Below are positions 22,125-34,835 of a stretch of DNA of 64,000 bases, piece after piece. Source of the DNA: Histomonas meleagridis 2922-C6/04-290x (lineage: Eukaryota > Protista > Parabasalia); the NCBI GenBank assembly GCA_020184695.1, contig JAANOX010000248.1, positions 195,452 through 259,451 on the forward strand, read 5' to 3'. The notes beneath the pieces were generated by a model. The model did no database searches. It saw only the letters and a list, made by a program, of their open reading frames with translations, and was not told where the DNA came from. Numbering within the stretch: position 1 is the stretch's first letter; each line of letters begins with the position of its first letter. The translations under genes and the position numbers were made by a program.

Positions 22125-22496
22125 CAAATTTGAAACTAAATATTATTTGGACTGATCTAAACGAATCTTAAATATTGATCTGAGAAATTGATTTGTCTTT
22201 CGATGATATTTTAAAATGAATTTTTGGTTTACTAATTTGTAATTTTTTGGGCTTATTGATCATATTTTAGTGTTTGATAATGTGCAAAATATGATATTTA
22301 TCTTGGATAAAAATATTATGTTCATTATACCCAGAAGGAAATAGTGTGGTACGATTTTATCATTCAAAGAGAATTTTTCTTATACTTTTTACATGATTTC
22401 CAAAGAAGTCAACCACTAAAATGAGTTAACGTTCGATTGTTTATTTGAAAAGTGTCAAAAGTCCAAAAAATAAAAAGTGTCAGAAAAGTGACCAAA

Positions 22497-23804
22497 ATGC
22501 AGACCTACGGAAATGATGATGAAGACAACTTAATGCTCGGTAATTCTGAAAATTACCCAAAGCAAGAACAAGTATATGATGGTAGGCGTCAAAGAAAGGT
22601 AATTACACGTCGATGGATTGATCATCAACAAGCGTTTACTCTTTTCCGCCAAGATCGGCCATATCAATCATATGATCAATACCCGCAAAACATACCAGAT
22701 CAACTTCGGAATTTATATCCTCCGTTTGCATATAAAAGTCTCAGTACTTCAATAACATCAAAATTTATTCGTGCATCAACAAATAAGAAGAGGTCTAGCA
22801 TCAATGCAATGGCTTGGCAACCCGATGGCAAACGTCTTGTTGCAGGTTATGCAAATGGAATGGTTACTCTTTGGAATGGTCTAGGTTTTAATTTCGAAAT
22901 TATGATGCAACGTCATGAACCAGAATGTGCCATATTTGATTTAGTTTGGTCTCGTAGTGGCGATTACATGCTAACAGTTGATGAAAGCAATCTTCTCAAA
23001 GTATGGCAAACAAATTACGATGTCATTGAACAATGGAAACTTCATGAAGACAAAGTCCGACAACTTTCCTTTGCACCCGGTGATCGCAAATTTGCATCTT
23101 GTTCTGATGATACAACAATTAAAATTTGGGATCTTGCAACATGCAAAATGGAATGTACATTAAATGACAATGGTTGTAGTGTTCGTACAGTTGATTGGCA
23201 TCCATCTCGATCCCTCATTGCCAGTGGAGGAAAAGATGGACATATTTATCTTATGGATCCACGAGCCGATAATCCTGTTTGTCTCACATCCATCGCACTC
23301 CATAAGAACGTTGTCACCAAAGTTAGCTGGAATCGCAATGGAAATTGGGTACTTTCATGTGGTCGAGATTCCAAAATTCGTCTTGTTGATATTCGCATTA
23401 TGAATGAATGGATGGTATTCCAAGGTCACGAGAAAGAAGCATTCACTGTCGAATGGCATCCGATTCACGAGCATTTGTTCGCAAGCGGCGGTTTCACTGG
23501 TGAACTTCACTGGTGGTGTGTTGGCAATGAGCGACCGTTGTACTCCCTCCCCAAAGCACACCAGCATTCTATTAACCAATTAAGGTTCCATCCACTCGGA
23601 CATATATTAGCCTCGTCTGGGCAGGAAGGAATTGTAAAGTTTTGGGTGAGAAACAGATGTGGTGATGACGTGACAAAATCTTCAAATGAAGAAAGAGTTG
23701 AAGAAACCGCTGTTTCTGCAAATGTGGTTTCAAATGATATTCCGGGATTAAAACCTTTTGATGAACTAATGGGTAGTGATATACCTGTTGAAGTCCCGTG
23801 TTAA
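22497..23804 (+). CDS. WDR33: Polyadenylation factor WDR33/Pfs2 (WD40)
   Basis: KFIRASTNK.R..IN...W.PDGKRLV.G...G..TLWNG..FNFE..MQ.H, FASCSDD.TIKIWD, WHP.GHILASSG.....KFW.RNR.GD. Confidence 0.88.
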   Translation: MQTYGNDDEDNLMLGNSENYPKQEQVYDGRRQRKVITRRWIDHQQAFTLFRQDRPYQSYDQYPQNIPDQLRNLYPPFAYKSLSTSITSKFIRASTNKKRSSINAMAWQPDGKRLVAGYANGMVTLWNGLGFNFEIMMQRHEPECAIFDLVWSRSGDYMLTVDESNLLKVWQTNYDVIEQWKLHEDKVRQLSFAPGDRKFASCSDDTTIKIWDLATCKMECTLNDNGCSVRTVDWHPSRSLIASGGKDGHIYLMDPRADNPVCLTSIALHKNVVTKVSWNRNGNWVLSCGRDSKIRLVDIRIMNEWMVFQGHEKEAFTVEWHPIHEHLFASGGFTGELHWWCVGNERPLYSLPKAHQHSINQLRFHPLGHILASSGQEGIVKFWVRNRCGDDVTKSSNEERVEETAVSANVVSNDIPGLKPFDELMGSDIPVEVPC

Positions 23805-24018
23805 AAATTGATTTGTGATAAAAAATAAAGTTTTATTTTCCAAATTATTTTATGTTTTTTTAGTAAGTAAGATACAAGTTGTACCTTCCTCAAATGATGT
23901 TATTTGAATAAAGATATGAATAATGAAAAAAGTTTTTCATTGCAAGTTTCAAAGTGTTAATTTTGCAAATAGGAAAAAGAATTAAACGGTCATTTCGGGG
24001 CGTCCCAATTCCAACTTA

Positions 24019-24435
24019 ATGGAAATAGAAAGTGATGACGTGAAAAAAGTAAATGAAGCAATCGAAATATCAAAAACTAGTTCTACAGATGCTTTTATTG
24101 CAATATGTTTTTATCATACAGAAATAACACCTTCTTTTTTTACAGCGATGTTATTTAACAAATTTCGCATAAACTATAGTTCAGACACAGTCGGGAAATT
24201 ATTCATCATAGATGCTGCCAAAAACCCAAAATTTGCTGCTAGCTTTGGTGTTATTCCAACACCAGCCGTTGTAATCATATGGAAAGGAAATCCTTTAGAA
24301 ATTCGTCGTCCAGGATGGGACCTTACAAACAAGATAATTGGAGCATTGAGTGAAGAGTGTTGGCTTTCAATTCTTCGATATATGGCAAGCTTGCCAAAAG
24401 ATGAAGAACGTAAATTTTTATCTGTAAACTTTTGA
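24019..24435 (+). CDS. Thioredoxin-fold-like hypothetical protein
   Basis: FIAICFY...KLFIIDA.KNPKFAASFGV..TPAVVIIWKG fits a Trx beta/alpha pattern without CxxC. Confidence 0.45.
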   Translation: MEIESDDVKKVNEAIEISKTSSTDAFIAICFYHTEITPSFFTAMLFNKFRINYSSDTVGKLFIIDAAKNPKFAASFGVIPTPAVVIIWKGNPLEIRRPGWDLTNKIIGALSEECWLSILRYMASLPKDEERKFLSVNF

Positions 24436-25460
24436 TGAAACGAACTTACACGTAAGTTCCCATGGGAATGTGCTATTAATTAACATAAATTGTTTATTTG
24501 ATTAAACTTAATATTTGAAATATTTTTTATGAGGGAAAACAAGGTAAAGATCAATTTACAAGTATTCTTATAAATGTTATTATAAATACATTATTTTATT
24601 AGATTAATAATATAAAACTGTAAGAGTTATTAGAAAAATAAATGCAAAAAGAAAATGTTAAGGTGGTGCTTTTGCTAAATAACACATGCAATATACATGT
24701 ATATACATGAAGGATATTTACAATACAAATTTGAAGTATCAAAAGATTGAAGAATTCATTAACTTGTTATAAACTACCTTCTTATTTTTAGATAATTATT
24801 CCTGACTATTTTAATTTATCTGTTGGCCTTTAAGGAAGTAATATTATTTATCATATTTTTAGAATAAAAAGATATTTGATAAGTTGGCATCTTCTCAAAA
24901 TAAAATAAAAAAAGTCAATGTAAAAATGTAAAATATTATTTTGATATTTGTAATAATTTTTTCAATAAAACAAATATTTTTTTAGTGTTAATACCAATTT
25001 TTTTTTGTTCGAGAAGTAATTTAATTTTTTTCAAATTATCAAAATAAATATTAATTATAATAAATAAAAATTTTTTGCATTAATATCAATTTATACTTAT
25101 TCAAGGAGTAATTTCAATGTTTATAAATTTTTGTTATAAACTTTTTAAAATGATCTAACATCTTACTCGTTCTGAGATATTTATCATTGAAGCTTAACAT
25201 TACATTTCTAATCTCTATGAACACAAAATGCAATAATTTAAAATATATTACCAACAAATCCAAAATCAATCCTAAAACAAATCCTCAAAAAAACTTTTGA
25301 ATTATTTTATACAAATTAAATTATCATTTGTATACACAAAACATAGAAAACAAATACCAACACCAGTATAATTTATTGTAAAATCGTATTCTAATTGAAC
25401 TGGTAAAATTCCTTTTTTAAATATAAAATAAGTTCCACAAAATCGTCTCGAAGATATCAT

Positions 25461-27059
25461 TTATATCCATTGGTCGTCTTCTTCATTAGCAATTAATGTG
25501 TTAAATTCAGTGTTAACTTGTTCAACTTTTATACATTCTGATGACTGCGAACGTATTTGCGATTTTGTGGGTGAAATTTCACTTTTGTTGTTTCGTATTA
25601 TGAAGATAACAAGTCCAATGAGGATAAGAACAAATGCCACTGCACCGCAGACAATGCCAACGATGACTTTCGATGAAAGCGCTTCGTTTTTTTCAGAAGA
25701 CTGAATATCTGTCAGAACGAAATAAGTAAAGTCGTAATAATATGTGGTATAAAAACATATTGTGTATTCGTAATAAATAGATTGGGTGTAATAGTAAGTG
25801 TATGTGGAATTGGTCACAGTAACAAATATTGTGTGAGACAAAAATGTGTTGTTGACGAGTAATGTCTGGGTAATAGATATATAATTTGTTAAAGAATATG
25901 AATATACAGTACCTTGTGTGAGTGCATTTGATAGCGAGAATGAATTTGATTTAGAAATTGTATTACTTCGTGTAAATGTATTCGATTTAGTGAATGTATT
26001 TGACTTCGAATATGTATTACTTTGCGAAAATGATTCTGAATTTGTAAATGTGTGCGTTGGCCAGTGATACGGATTACATCCATCAATTGGTGTACCTTTG
26101 ATTACATTATATGATCCAAACGTATCTCCTTTATATAAATCAGATGTCATAACAATTGTTGTTGATGATTCATAGAAAATATTCTCAGCGATGTTGTCTG
26201 GTGACTCATAACCCAAAAAATAAATACATTTGAGATTTGTGCAACCACCAAATGCATAATCACCAATAAATGTTACATTTTCTCCAATTATAATTGTATA
26301 TAATTTAGAACTAAATTCAAATGCACTGGTTTCAATTGATGTAACAAAATTTGTTATTGTAATATTCATTAATGAACATTTATAAAATGAATAACTTCCA
26401 ATAGTTTTTAATCGATTTTTGGAATGTAAAATGTTTCATTTTGTTTTCCTAATGGATAACAAATGATCGTAGTAATTCCTTTATTATAAAGAATACCTTT
26501 TTTATCTTTAAAATATTCATTCCCTTCTAAAACGTGAATATTGTTAAGTGATGTACATTCAGAAAAAACACGTGGTCCAATTGTTGTTACTGAATTTGGT
26601 ATTGTAATATTCATTAATGTACTACACCCATTAAATGCAGAATCTCCAATTGTCATAACATTGTTTCCAATAACAACTGTGTTCAATTGAGAACATAAAC
26701 AAAATGCAAAATCATTGTTCCCCAATGATAACTGTTTTTAATTTAGAACATGATTGAAATGAATTATTTCCAATCGTATTTATATTATAAAATTCAGCTG
26801 AGTATAAAGAAGTCCATTTTGAAAATTCATTTGCTTCCATATTTTCAATATTATATTGAATAATAATATGTTCTGTTTCTTCTTTATATTCACCTCTTGA
26901 TTCATATTCACTTGAATTAGTTATAATAAGAGTTTTATTCGTTTCATTAAATATTTCTTTCGATCGAATAAAAAAAATTATAAATAATATTGGAATGATT
27001 TGATATTTAATTTTCTCTTTTTTATATTTATTATTAAATGTTTTTAAATATTTAATCAT
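25461..27059 (-). CDS. BspA-like LRR (TpLRR) surface protein, split across three frames (pseudogene or indel errors)
   Basis: TIG..AF..C..L..I.IP.SVT repeats, SNTF stalk, TM helix VIVGIVCGAVAFVLILIGLVIFII, tail EDDQWI. Frame breaks near 26715 and 26410, the latter at two A5 runs. Confidence 0.8.
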
Positions 27060-27868
27060 AATAACGGCAGTAATAAATAAAGATAATAAAATTATAAAAT
27101 GATAATAGAAATAAATATTAATAATATTTTGATAAAAAATTCGTAAAAATTCATGAATCAAAGAAATTTTTAGTAAAACTTTTGTTAAACTTATTTTATT
27201 TAATAATAATGATGTCTTATAATATGTTAATATTGATGACAAATTGAATAAAAATTTAAAGACTTGATAATTCTTAAAATTTTGAATAAAAGAAATATAA
27301 AAATTAGAAAGGAATGAAAAATGATTATTTTTAACGTACACGATCTTCATAAAACCATTAAATTTGATATTTGAAAAATTTTTAAGAATCAACAAATTTT
27401 GAAAATGTTGTAAAAATAATTTTCCAAACATTATTAAATTTTGTGACATTTTTTGGATTTGAGATGGTATTTGAACATGAATAGTCATTAACAGAATACA
27501 GACTAGCATCGAAGAAAATTTGGATTGAGGCACTGCCGCAAAGGTTTTTTTTATGAATCAATTGAAAATTAAATTGGTATTCAATTATTAATATAAAGAA
27601 GCTTTTTCATAGAATGATTGTTCACAACGAATTCCTAACATGTCATAAATTGCTTTTTGAATACTTTATCAATAAATAAACAATTTTGATATAAGAAAAT
27701 TGAATGGAAAGCGTTTGTCTAACGGAGCTAAATTTCCCAGACTCAAACCCAAAATCTTTGTGTGTTCAAAAAGATTTTGATTGGTTTATCAATGATTTTT
27801 TAAATGGTTATTCGGTCAAAGTATCGTTAAACGTTCGAACGTTAAAACCTGACCAAATAAAATTTTTA

Positions 27869-28870
27869 ATGATTTCGTTGTTATTTTCGCTTGTTTGTTC
27901 GATTAATGATACAAACGTTGTATATTTAGATTCACCTGGGTTTCGGGATAATGTTATTAAGAAAGATGAATTAACAACGTGGGTTATTCTTTTTATTGGA
28001 ATGAACCATGAAAGTTGCATCAAAGCACATAAAGAGTTTTATAAAGCGTCAGAAATAATCCATGGAGTTGTTAAATTTGGCATTGTAAATATTACAAAAG
28101 AACCATTTTTACAACGGAAATTATCGATAAATTATGTTCCTTGCATTAAAATATATTACTCTGGAGGCGCCGAAGAATACAGAGGGAAGCAAAAAGCAAG
28201 CCATATTGTGTCATTTATCAGTGAAAAAATTCCAAATTTTGTAAGAACCTTTGATCGGAAATGGCTTGAAGAATCTATTCCATCAGTTGTTCTTTTCACT
28301 GAGCAAATCAAAGTTTCTGTTCTATGGGCTACACTTTCCATAAAGTTCAAAGATCAATATGTCCGATTTGGGATATGTAACGAATTCCATATTCATCGAG
28401 AATTTTCGATAGCCAAACTTCCAACGATTGTTTTCTTCAACAGTACCAATCAAATTCGTTATCGTGGAAGTTTTACTGAAGAAGAATTATCAGATTCAAT
28501 TTCAAAATTCTTGAACGGAACTTTAGAGATAAACGACACATTTGATGACGAAGGCTTTTATCGGATGGATGAGTTTGCTGCCCAATGTCATGGTCGTGAT
28601 TTCTGCGTATTGCACACTGGAAATGACATATGCAACGAATATCGACAAATACGAACACTGTGCAAGCGGCAGCAAATGAAATTCTTTTATGGAGAAGGAA
28701 ACCTTCCGTTTAAGCAAATGAAAGAAAATATGTATTACATATGGAACCCAAGAAAAAAGGGATTTGTCATAGTGGAGGACATTGACGAGCTAAGTGCGGC
28801 ATTGGATAGAGTGGTTGACGGCGGTGCAAAGTGGATAAAGGCTGAGGAATTGCATAATGAAGAACTTTGA
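27869..28870 (+). CDS. ER-resident thioredoxin/PDI-like protein
   Basis: Signal peptide MISLLFSLVCS, two Trx-like folds, C-terminal HNEEL retention signal. Confidence 0.75.
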   Translation: MISLLFSLVCSINDTNVVYLDSPGFRDNVIKKDELTTWVILFIGMNHESCIKAHKEFYKASEIIHGVVKFGIVNITKEPFLQRKLSINYVPCIKIYYSGGAEEYRGKQKASHIVSFISEKIPNFVRTFDRKWLEESIPSVVLFTEQIKVSVLWATLSIKFKDQYVRFGICNEFHIHREFSIAKLPTIVFFNSTNQIRYRGSFTEEELSDSISKFLNGTLEINDTFDDEGFYRMDEFAAQCHGRDFCVLHTGNDICNEYRQIRTLCKRQQMKFFYGEGNLPFKQMKENMYYIWNPRKKGFVIVEDIDELSAALDRVVDGGAKWIKAEELHNEEL

Positions 28871-29334
28871 TTTGTAAATTGTTTTGTAAATAATTTTTTT
28901 ATATTGAGTTTTTACAACAAAATAATGAATCCATTTATCTGTGAAGTAATGAGGAAAAATTTGAGATATCAATGAATAAAATCCGTGACATTAAAATCTT
29001 TTCGAACAAATTTTGGCTAAATCAAATGTTATAAAAAAAATCAGATAAAATGTATATCAAATAGATTAACTTTGCATTGCTTTGGAAAATTCCTAAATCA
29101 TAAAGACACTTTCCGATAAAGTTTTGTATTAGTTTTAGTATAACCAATGGTTTTGTAAAATAACATATTAATCTAAAACAAAATGAAACACAAATATAAA
29201 GCAACACACACCTGTTATTGCCAAACGCTGTGACACTTTGCTACGTAACTGATCAATAAAAAAATATAAATCAGTTTAAATTAAAGCGTTTTTTAGAATA
29301 TTTATTGTAATGCTAAAATATATTAATATTTTTT

Positions 29335-32300
29335 CTACGCTTTTTCGGTTTCATCCTTTTTCTCTTTCTCTTCGTTATGTCTATGCATTAACATGCAAGG
29401 GAAAAGGAAATGCCCAGCGCCGCAGTCACAAAATGCCGGACCACTACCTGACTGCGTTACGTCGTGGCCCTTGTGACATACCTTAGCGCATTCCTCGCAA
29501 AAACAGAAATTAATTCCTGAGTTATTCATGCAAGTTCTGCACCTATAATATCTATTGTGGTTTACCATTGTGTAACCAGTTTGCTCGAATGTGCAATGTC
29601 CAGGTATGAAAATGTCTCTGCGATTACCGGAATTCATCATCATTTCACTATTTTGTTTTCTTCTTGCGATCAAATCAATAATTTCTTTCTTGTTCATTAA
29701 ACCAGTTTCATTAAGAATTGTTTTCTCATTGTTATCTTTAATGTTGACATCAATTTCCTTTTGTTCGAGTAACAATTTCACAATATCATTATGACAATTA
29801 CGAGAAGCCTTTAATAAAGCAGTATCGAATTAACAAAATAAATTCCAAATATTAATATGAAACAGTAAATCATATATATTAACATTAGTATCTCTTGCAT
29901 TAATATCGATACCATTTTGTTCAAGAAGTAAATTAGCGATTTCGCTGTAACCTAATTCAGACACAATCATTAAAGGTGTTTTAAATGAATATAATAAATT
30001 CCAAATGATATTTTGATATATTAAATCAATCGAATAAATAGTTTTAACATTAACATCAATTCCTTCTTGTGTAATAAGTATTTTAACTATAACAACATAA
30101 CAATTTAATACCGCTAATACAAATGCTGTATTTCGAAGTATTATAATAAAACTTCAGAACATTTAAATAAATATTTACACTTAAGCTATTAATACCTTTT
30201 TGTTTGATGAATAAGTCAATGATTTCTGCTTGTCCATTTAATAAACATAATGTAAAAACAGTTTTAAATAATTCGGAAAAACTTCGAAAAGTCATATAAA
30301 TGAACATCACTTGTATTGATTTCGATTCCTTCTTTTTCAAGTATTAATTTAATGATATCGATATGACTCTTTGAAGCTGCATGCATTAATGCTGTTTTAT
30401 ATATAATAAATGAACACCAAATATTTGAGTTAAACTTCAAATAATGAAGTTATATATTATCTCTTGCATTAATATCAACATTATTTTGGTCAAGAAGTAA
30501 TTTAACAAGATCAGTATGACCATTTAATGCTACAATCATTAAAATTGTTAAAAATCACATAAAGAAACACCAAATATTATAAACAATTTCTATATTATTC
30601 AAATAGATATTATCTTTGATATTAATATCAACATTATCTTGTTCAAGAAGTAACTTAACTATATCCGGTTTATCATTTTTCAATGCTAAAATAAGTGCTG
30701 TCTTAAATACATTAAATAATTTCCAAATTAAATTTTGAATTTTCATTTGATAAAAACAAATTCTAAATATAACAAATAAACATTTTTAATGTTAATATCA
30801 ATTCCTTCGTGTTCAAGTAATAATTTAACTATTTCTGTACGGCCGAATTGTGCTGCATAAATTAATGCTGTTTGAAATAAAATGAATAAATTTTAAATAT
30901 TTTTTAATAACATTATATTGACAAAACTAATATTAAGTAAAACAAATAAATATTTTTAGCATTAACATCAATTCTTTCTTTTTCTAAAAGTAATTTAGTA
31001 ATTTCTACACTTCCATTATACGCTGCAGACATTAAAGCTGTATAAAATCAACGAAATGAATTCCAAATATTATTTTGATATTTGAAATCAACAAAATCGA
31101 TTTTATCTTTGTTGTTAACATCAATTCCATTTCGTTCAAGTAACATTTTCGCGATATCATTATTACAACATTTAATAGCCACAGAAAGAGCTGTATCAAA
31201 ACTAACAAAAAAACTCCAAATCTTTCAAACAAATATTAAATCATTATAACAAACATAAAATATTACATATAAATATCATTTGTTACATTAATATTAAGTT
31301 CTCCATGTTCAAGAAGTAACTTAACTACATCAGTATAACCATAACGAGCAGCAAAAAGTAATGGTGTGAAAAACATTTATAATAAACATCAAACATTTTT
31401 TAGAAACACGAAAAATACCTAAAAAACATCACCTCTCACATTAACATCAACATTTTTATTCTGAAGAATTAACTTAGCGATTTCTTCGTAACCATTTCTT
31501 AATGCTAAAATAAGTGCTGTATCATATTTCTAAAATAAATTCCAAAAATAATTCAAAAACTTTATGTAATTAAAACAAATTCTACATATAACAAATAAAC
31601 ACTTACTCCATTAACATTAATTCTTTCTTGTTCAAGTAATAATTTTGCAATTTCTATTTCATTCTTTTTGATTGCCATAATAAGTGCTGATTCAAATAAT
31701 AGAAACAAATTCCAAATTTAACATTGAAATTTTATATCATTAAAATTAACTCTAAATATAACTTATAAACATTTGTTTGATTTATATCAATTCCTTCTTG
31801 TGCAAGAAGTAATTTTACTGTTTCCAAATAACCTTTTTTAGATGCTTTCATTAATGATGTTTCAAATGATTTATATAAACATTAAATTATATAATCAAAT
31901 TTTATGATTTTGTAAGTTTATGTTAATTCCTTTTTTCTCAAGTAAATCGAGCATTTGTTGATTACATCTTTTCAATTCATTAATAAGTGATTCTTGAAAT
32001 CGTATAAATAAATTTCAAATATAATAAAGAAATTCGAAATGTTGAAATTATACTTTAAACATTATAAATATATCTTATCAAAATTATTTGTTAGATTTTC
32101 TTGTTCAAGAAGTAACTTAAGGATTTCATTATGACGACTTTCCAATGATTTCATAAGTGTTGATTTAATTATCAGGATTTAAGGATTCTGTGTGTCATAT
32201 AATTTCATTGTATTTTCAATCGATAACTTGAGGTTTTCTTGGTTAAGATCAATAATTATTTGCATGAGTGAGTTAGGGATTTGCAAATGCATAGATTGAT

Positions 32301-32367
32301 TTGTAACATATTCAGCTTCATTCTCAATCTCGTTTGTTGCTGGTGTCGGATTAAGATTGCTTTGCAT
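29335..32367 (-). CDS. Interrupted ankyrin-repeat gene B: 62-aa leader, in-frame TAA, 16 spacer-separated repeats, C-terminal UBR-type zinc finger
   Basis: Minus-strand units include ETSLMKASKKGYLETVKLLLAQEGIDINQTN, DTALILALRNGYEEIAKLILQNKNVDVNVRG, QTALIYAAQFGRTEIVKLLLEHEGIDINIKN and DTALLKASRNCHNDIVKLLLEQKEIDVNIKD. The last segment continues into CTF..TG...YRCRTC...C.C.ECAKVCHKGH...FCDCGAG. Confidence 0.85.
29820..32070 (-). repeat. Ankyrin unit + spacer tandem array B (15 spacers, about 40-80 nt)
   Basis: The plus strand shows recurrent TTCCAAAT / GCTGT / AAGAAGTAA motifs, the reverse complement of the arrays A, C and E pattern. Confidence 0.9.
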
Positions 32368-33434
32368 AATGAAAAATGAAGAAGAAAGGCTGCATGTAAA
32401 AACGATTCACTTCATTGAAAATTTCAATTAAACAAATGTTTGTTGGGGGATGTTTGACACAAAGGAATAACCCCCTCAAAAAAACCCCTCACTGACCATT
32501 TAAAAATTGGGCAATATCCATTCAAATTCAACTTTTTGATATGATTTTATCTGCTTGGCATATTTAATAAAGAATGAACTAACTTTTATCAAAGGTGAGT
32601 TCATAATAGACAGTCACTATGCCTTTAATATATAACAGAGTTTTTTCTGTTCGACTGATAATGAATGGAAAATAGATAAATTATCCCACGAACAGATTAA
32701 AATGGAATATAGAAATCTACATCTATTATAAGACAAAAAATTTTAAATTTTTGATTAAAGATAATATATATATCATTATTTGTTATCAAATTCAGATATT
32801 TTTTTTTATGTCAATGAATGTAATAGTTTCACAAGAACACGACATCTTCTATGATTTATCTGGTCTTTAGAACTTATTGCAAATAAATAATCCGCATTGT
32901 ATGGAAAGAGAAACTCTAAGCTAATGTCCTGAATGAAAATCAGATCAAATATTCGATAATCATGAACACATCATCCAACCTATTATCTATTCAATTAATG
33001 GAAGATCAAAAGGATTGATTTTTACTTTCTTTGGTTCCAATTTTTACGGACATTTTAAGTGTTTTAGGCAAATCCATATGCATTTATATTCATTTTACCA
33101 ATTTTCAATGATTTTTACAATTGGTATTGACTAGATCCTAATTTTTTGGAAAATTTTTTAATTTCATATTATAAAAAATTATAGTTTTTGAAACATAACC
33201 TTAAGTCTTATTACAAATTCATTCTTTAAAATATATGTAAAAGTTTCTATTCCTATAATTTCATTTTCATTTTTTTGATTATGATCAATGAAATGCAATT
33301 TGAAAAGTTTATTTAAAGTGACTCAATAATTTTTCAAAAATTTTAAAACAACAAAAAATCAAAACTTTTAACATAAAAATATTTCTTTTTTAGTTTTTTA
33401 TTTCGAGTTTCATTTTAATTTGGTGTGTGTATGT

Positions 33435-34424
33435 TTATTTAGGAATAAGCATTCCAAGCTGCATCAATAAATAATCCTTTTCTATCTTCAAATCTTCGTC
33501 CTCAACCTCTCCGAGCAAGTCGTTGATGTAAGGAATCAATTTTTCTGCATTTGCACGGAGAATCTTCACAATCGACTCCGGCTTATGCTCATTAACAACA
33601 AACAATTTGAACACGTGGAAGGCTTCCATCGATATGTTATGGTACGAAGACGCCATCAAGTCCATGATGACCATCAAATTTCGCGGATCTGCCAAATACG
33701 TTTCTTGGAAGCTTTGATAAGTAATTATGATCTCTCCTATCAGCTTCAAAGTTTGGCGGCACATAGCATAATTCTCTTCAATCAATGTGCTGTGAAGACG
33801 TTTGATTATTGATTCATTGTTCGCCTTTAAAAATTCTTCGGCTTGTGGTGCGTTAAGAAGCAACTCTCGAAACGTTGCAAATGAATCTGCTGAAACATCG
33901 AAATTAGGAGCAAAGAAATATGTGAATAATTTATCAAGCCTTTGGTCGGTTAAGAGCTCTTTTGCAGGGCCTTCATATCGAGCACATTGCCTAAGCATTT
34001 CTCCGGTGCAAACAGCAAGTTCTGGATGGTCATAAAAAGAAAGGATTTTATCTATAACTGTTGGGTTATTTTGAATCCAAGTAGCAACTGGATGTTCACT
34101 TTGAGATTGCTGTGCAATGGATCCCGTAAAGATAATTGCAAATTGCTTTCTTTGTTCAGAAGATAAATTTAATAAATTATCTAATCCAAGCATTATTAAA
34201 TTCGAATGTCCGATTTCGTTTGCTAATTGGAACGCAGTTGAATCACTTTCATCGCCATCCTTCTTTTTAAATAAGATTTCTACCATTTGGGCAAAATAAC
34301 GATTTATCTTTTTTTGTAATTCTTCTAAATTTGTTGGGTCACCTAAGAATTGTGGATAAGCAGTTAATGCTATTACTGTTTTGTTAACAACCTTCAGAGG
34401 TTTCGCGTTTGAGGAAGAGCTCAT
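33435..34424 (-). CDS. MO25: MO25/CAB39 (Hym1) scaffold protein
   Basis: GEMLRQC.RYE, FDVSADSFATFRELL, NY..CRQTLKLIGEII, NL..IM.L......I..EAFHVFKLFV.N. Confidence 0.88.
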   Translation of the reverse strand: MSSSSNAKPLKVVNKTVIALTAYPQFLGDPTNLEELQKKINRYFAQMVEILFKKKDGDESDSTAFQLANEIGHSNLIMLGLDNLLNLSSEQRKQFAIIFTGSIAQQSQSEHPVATWIQNNPTVIDKILSFYDHPELAVCTGEMLRQCARYEGPAKELLTDQRLDKLFTYFFAPNFDVSADSFATFRELLLNAPQAEEFLKANNESIIKRLHSTLIEENYAMCRQTLKLIGEIIITYQSFQETYLADPRNLMVIMDLMASSYHNISMEAFHVFKLFVVNEHKPESIVKILRANAEKLIPYINDLLGEVEDEDLKIEKDYLLMQLGMLIPK

Positions 34425-34835
34425 TTATATGGTCACTTTTTTGACTCAAAAAAATAACCGCCTTAAATTTCAATTGTATATTCAAAAATGGTTTTCAAAA
34501 CGGTGTATATAAAAAGCGTCATATAATAAGCGGTTGAATATAACAAATTATCAGTTCTTTATCTCTACCTGTTGAAATACAATAGACAACTATATAGAGT
34601 AATATTTATTTTTGACGGATTGGAATATTTTTTTAATGAATTACAGAATAATATTTTGAAATATTTATGTAAAATTCATCCTGCTTAACATTATAACGCA
34701 TTATTGTGAGATAAATTAAAATATAATTGGATTATAAATTCGAATTGAAAAAATGATATGAATAAAATATCATCTGATTACTTCATTCTGTTTTATTATA
34801 AATATAAGTGATGTTTTTGAACATAAATATCAGAA

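Noticed and set aside
26712-27533. 273-aa ORF as one real protein
   Set aside because: The part upstream of ATG 27059 is low-complexity AT-rich sequence; only the distal part is BspA N-terminus.
32400-33100. Possible degenerate transposase and GGGGG/CCCCC inverted repeat upstream of array B
   Set aside because: Only a weak W.IE-like hint, no open frame and no partner TIR found.
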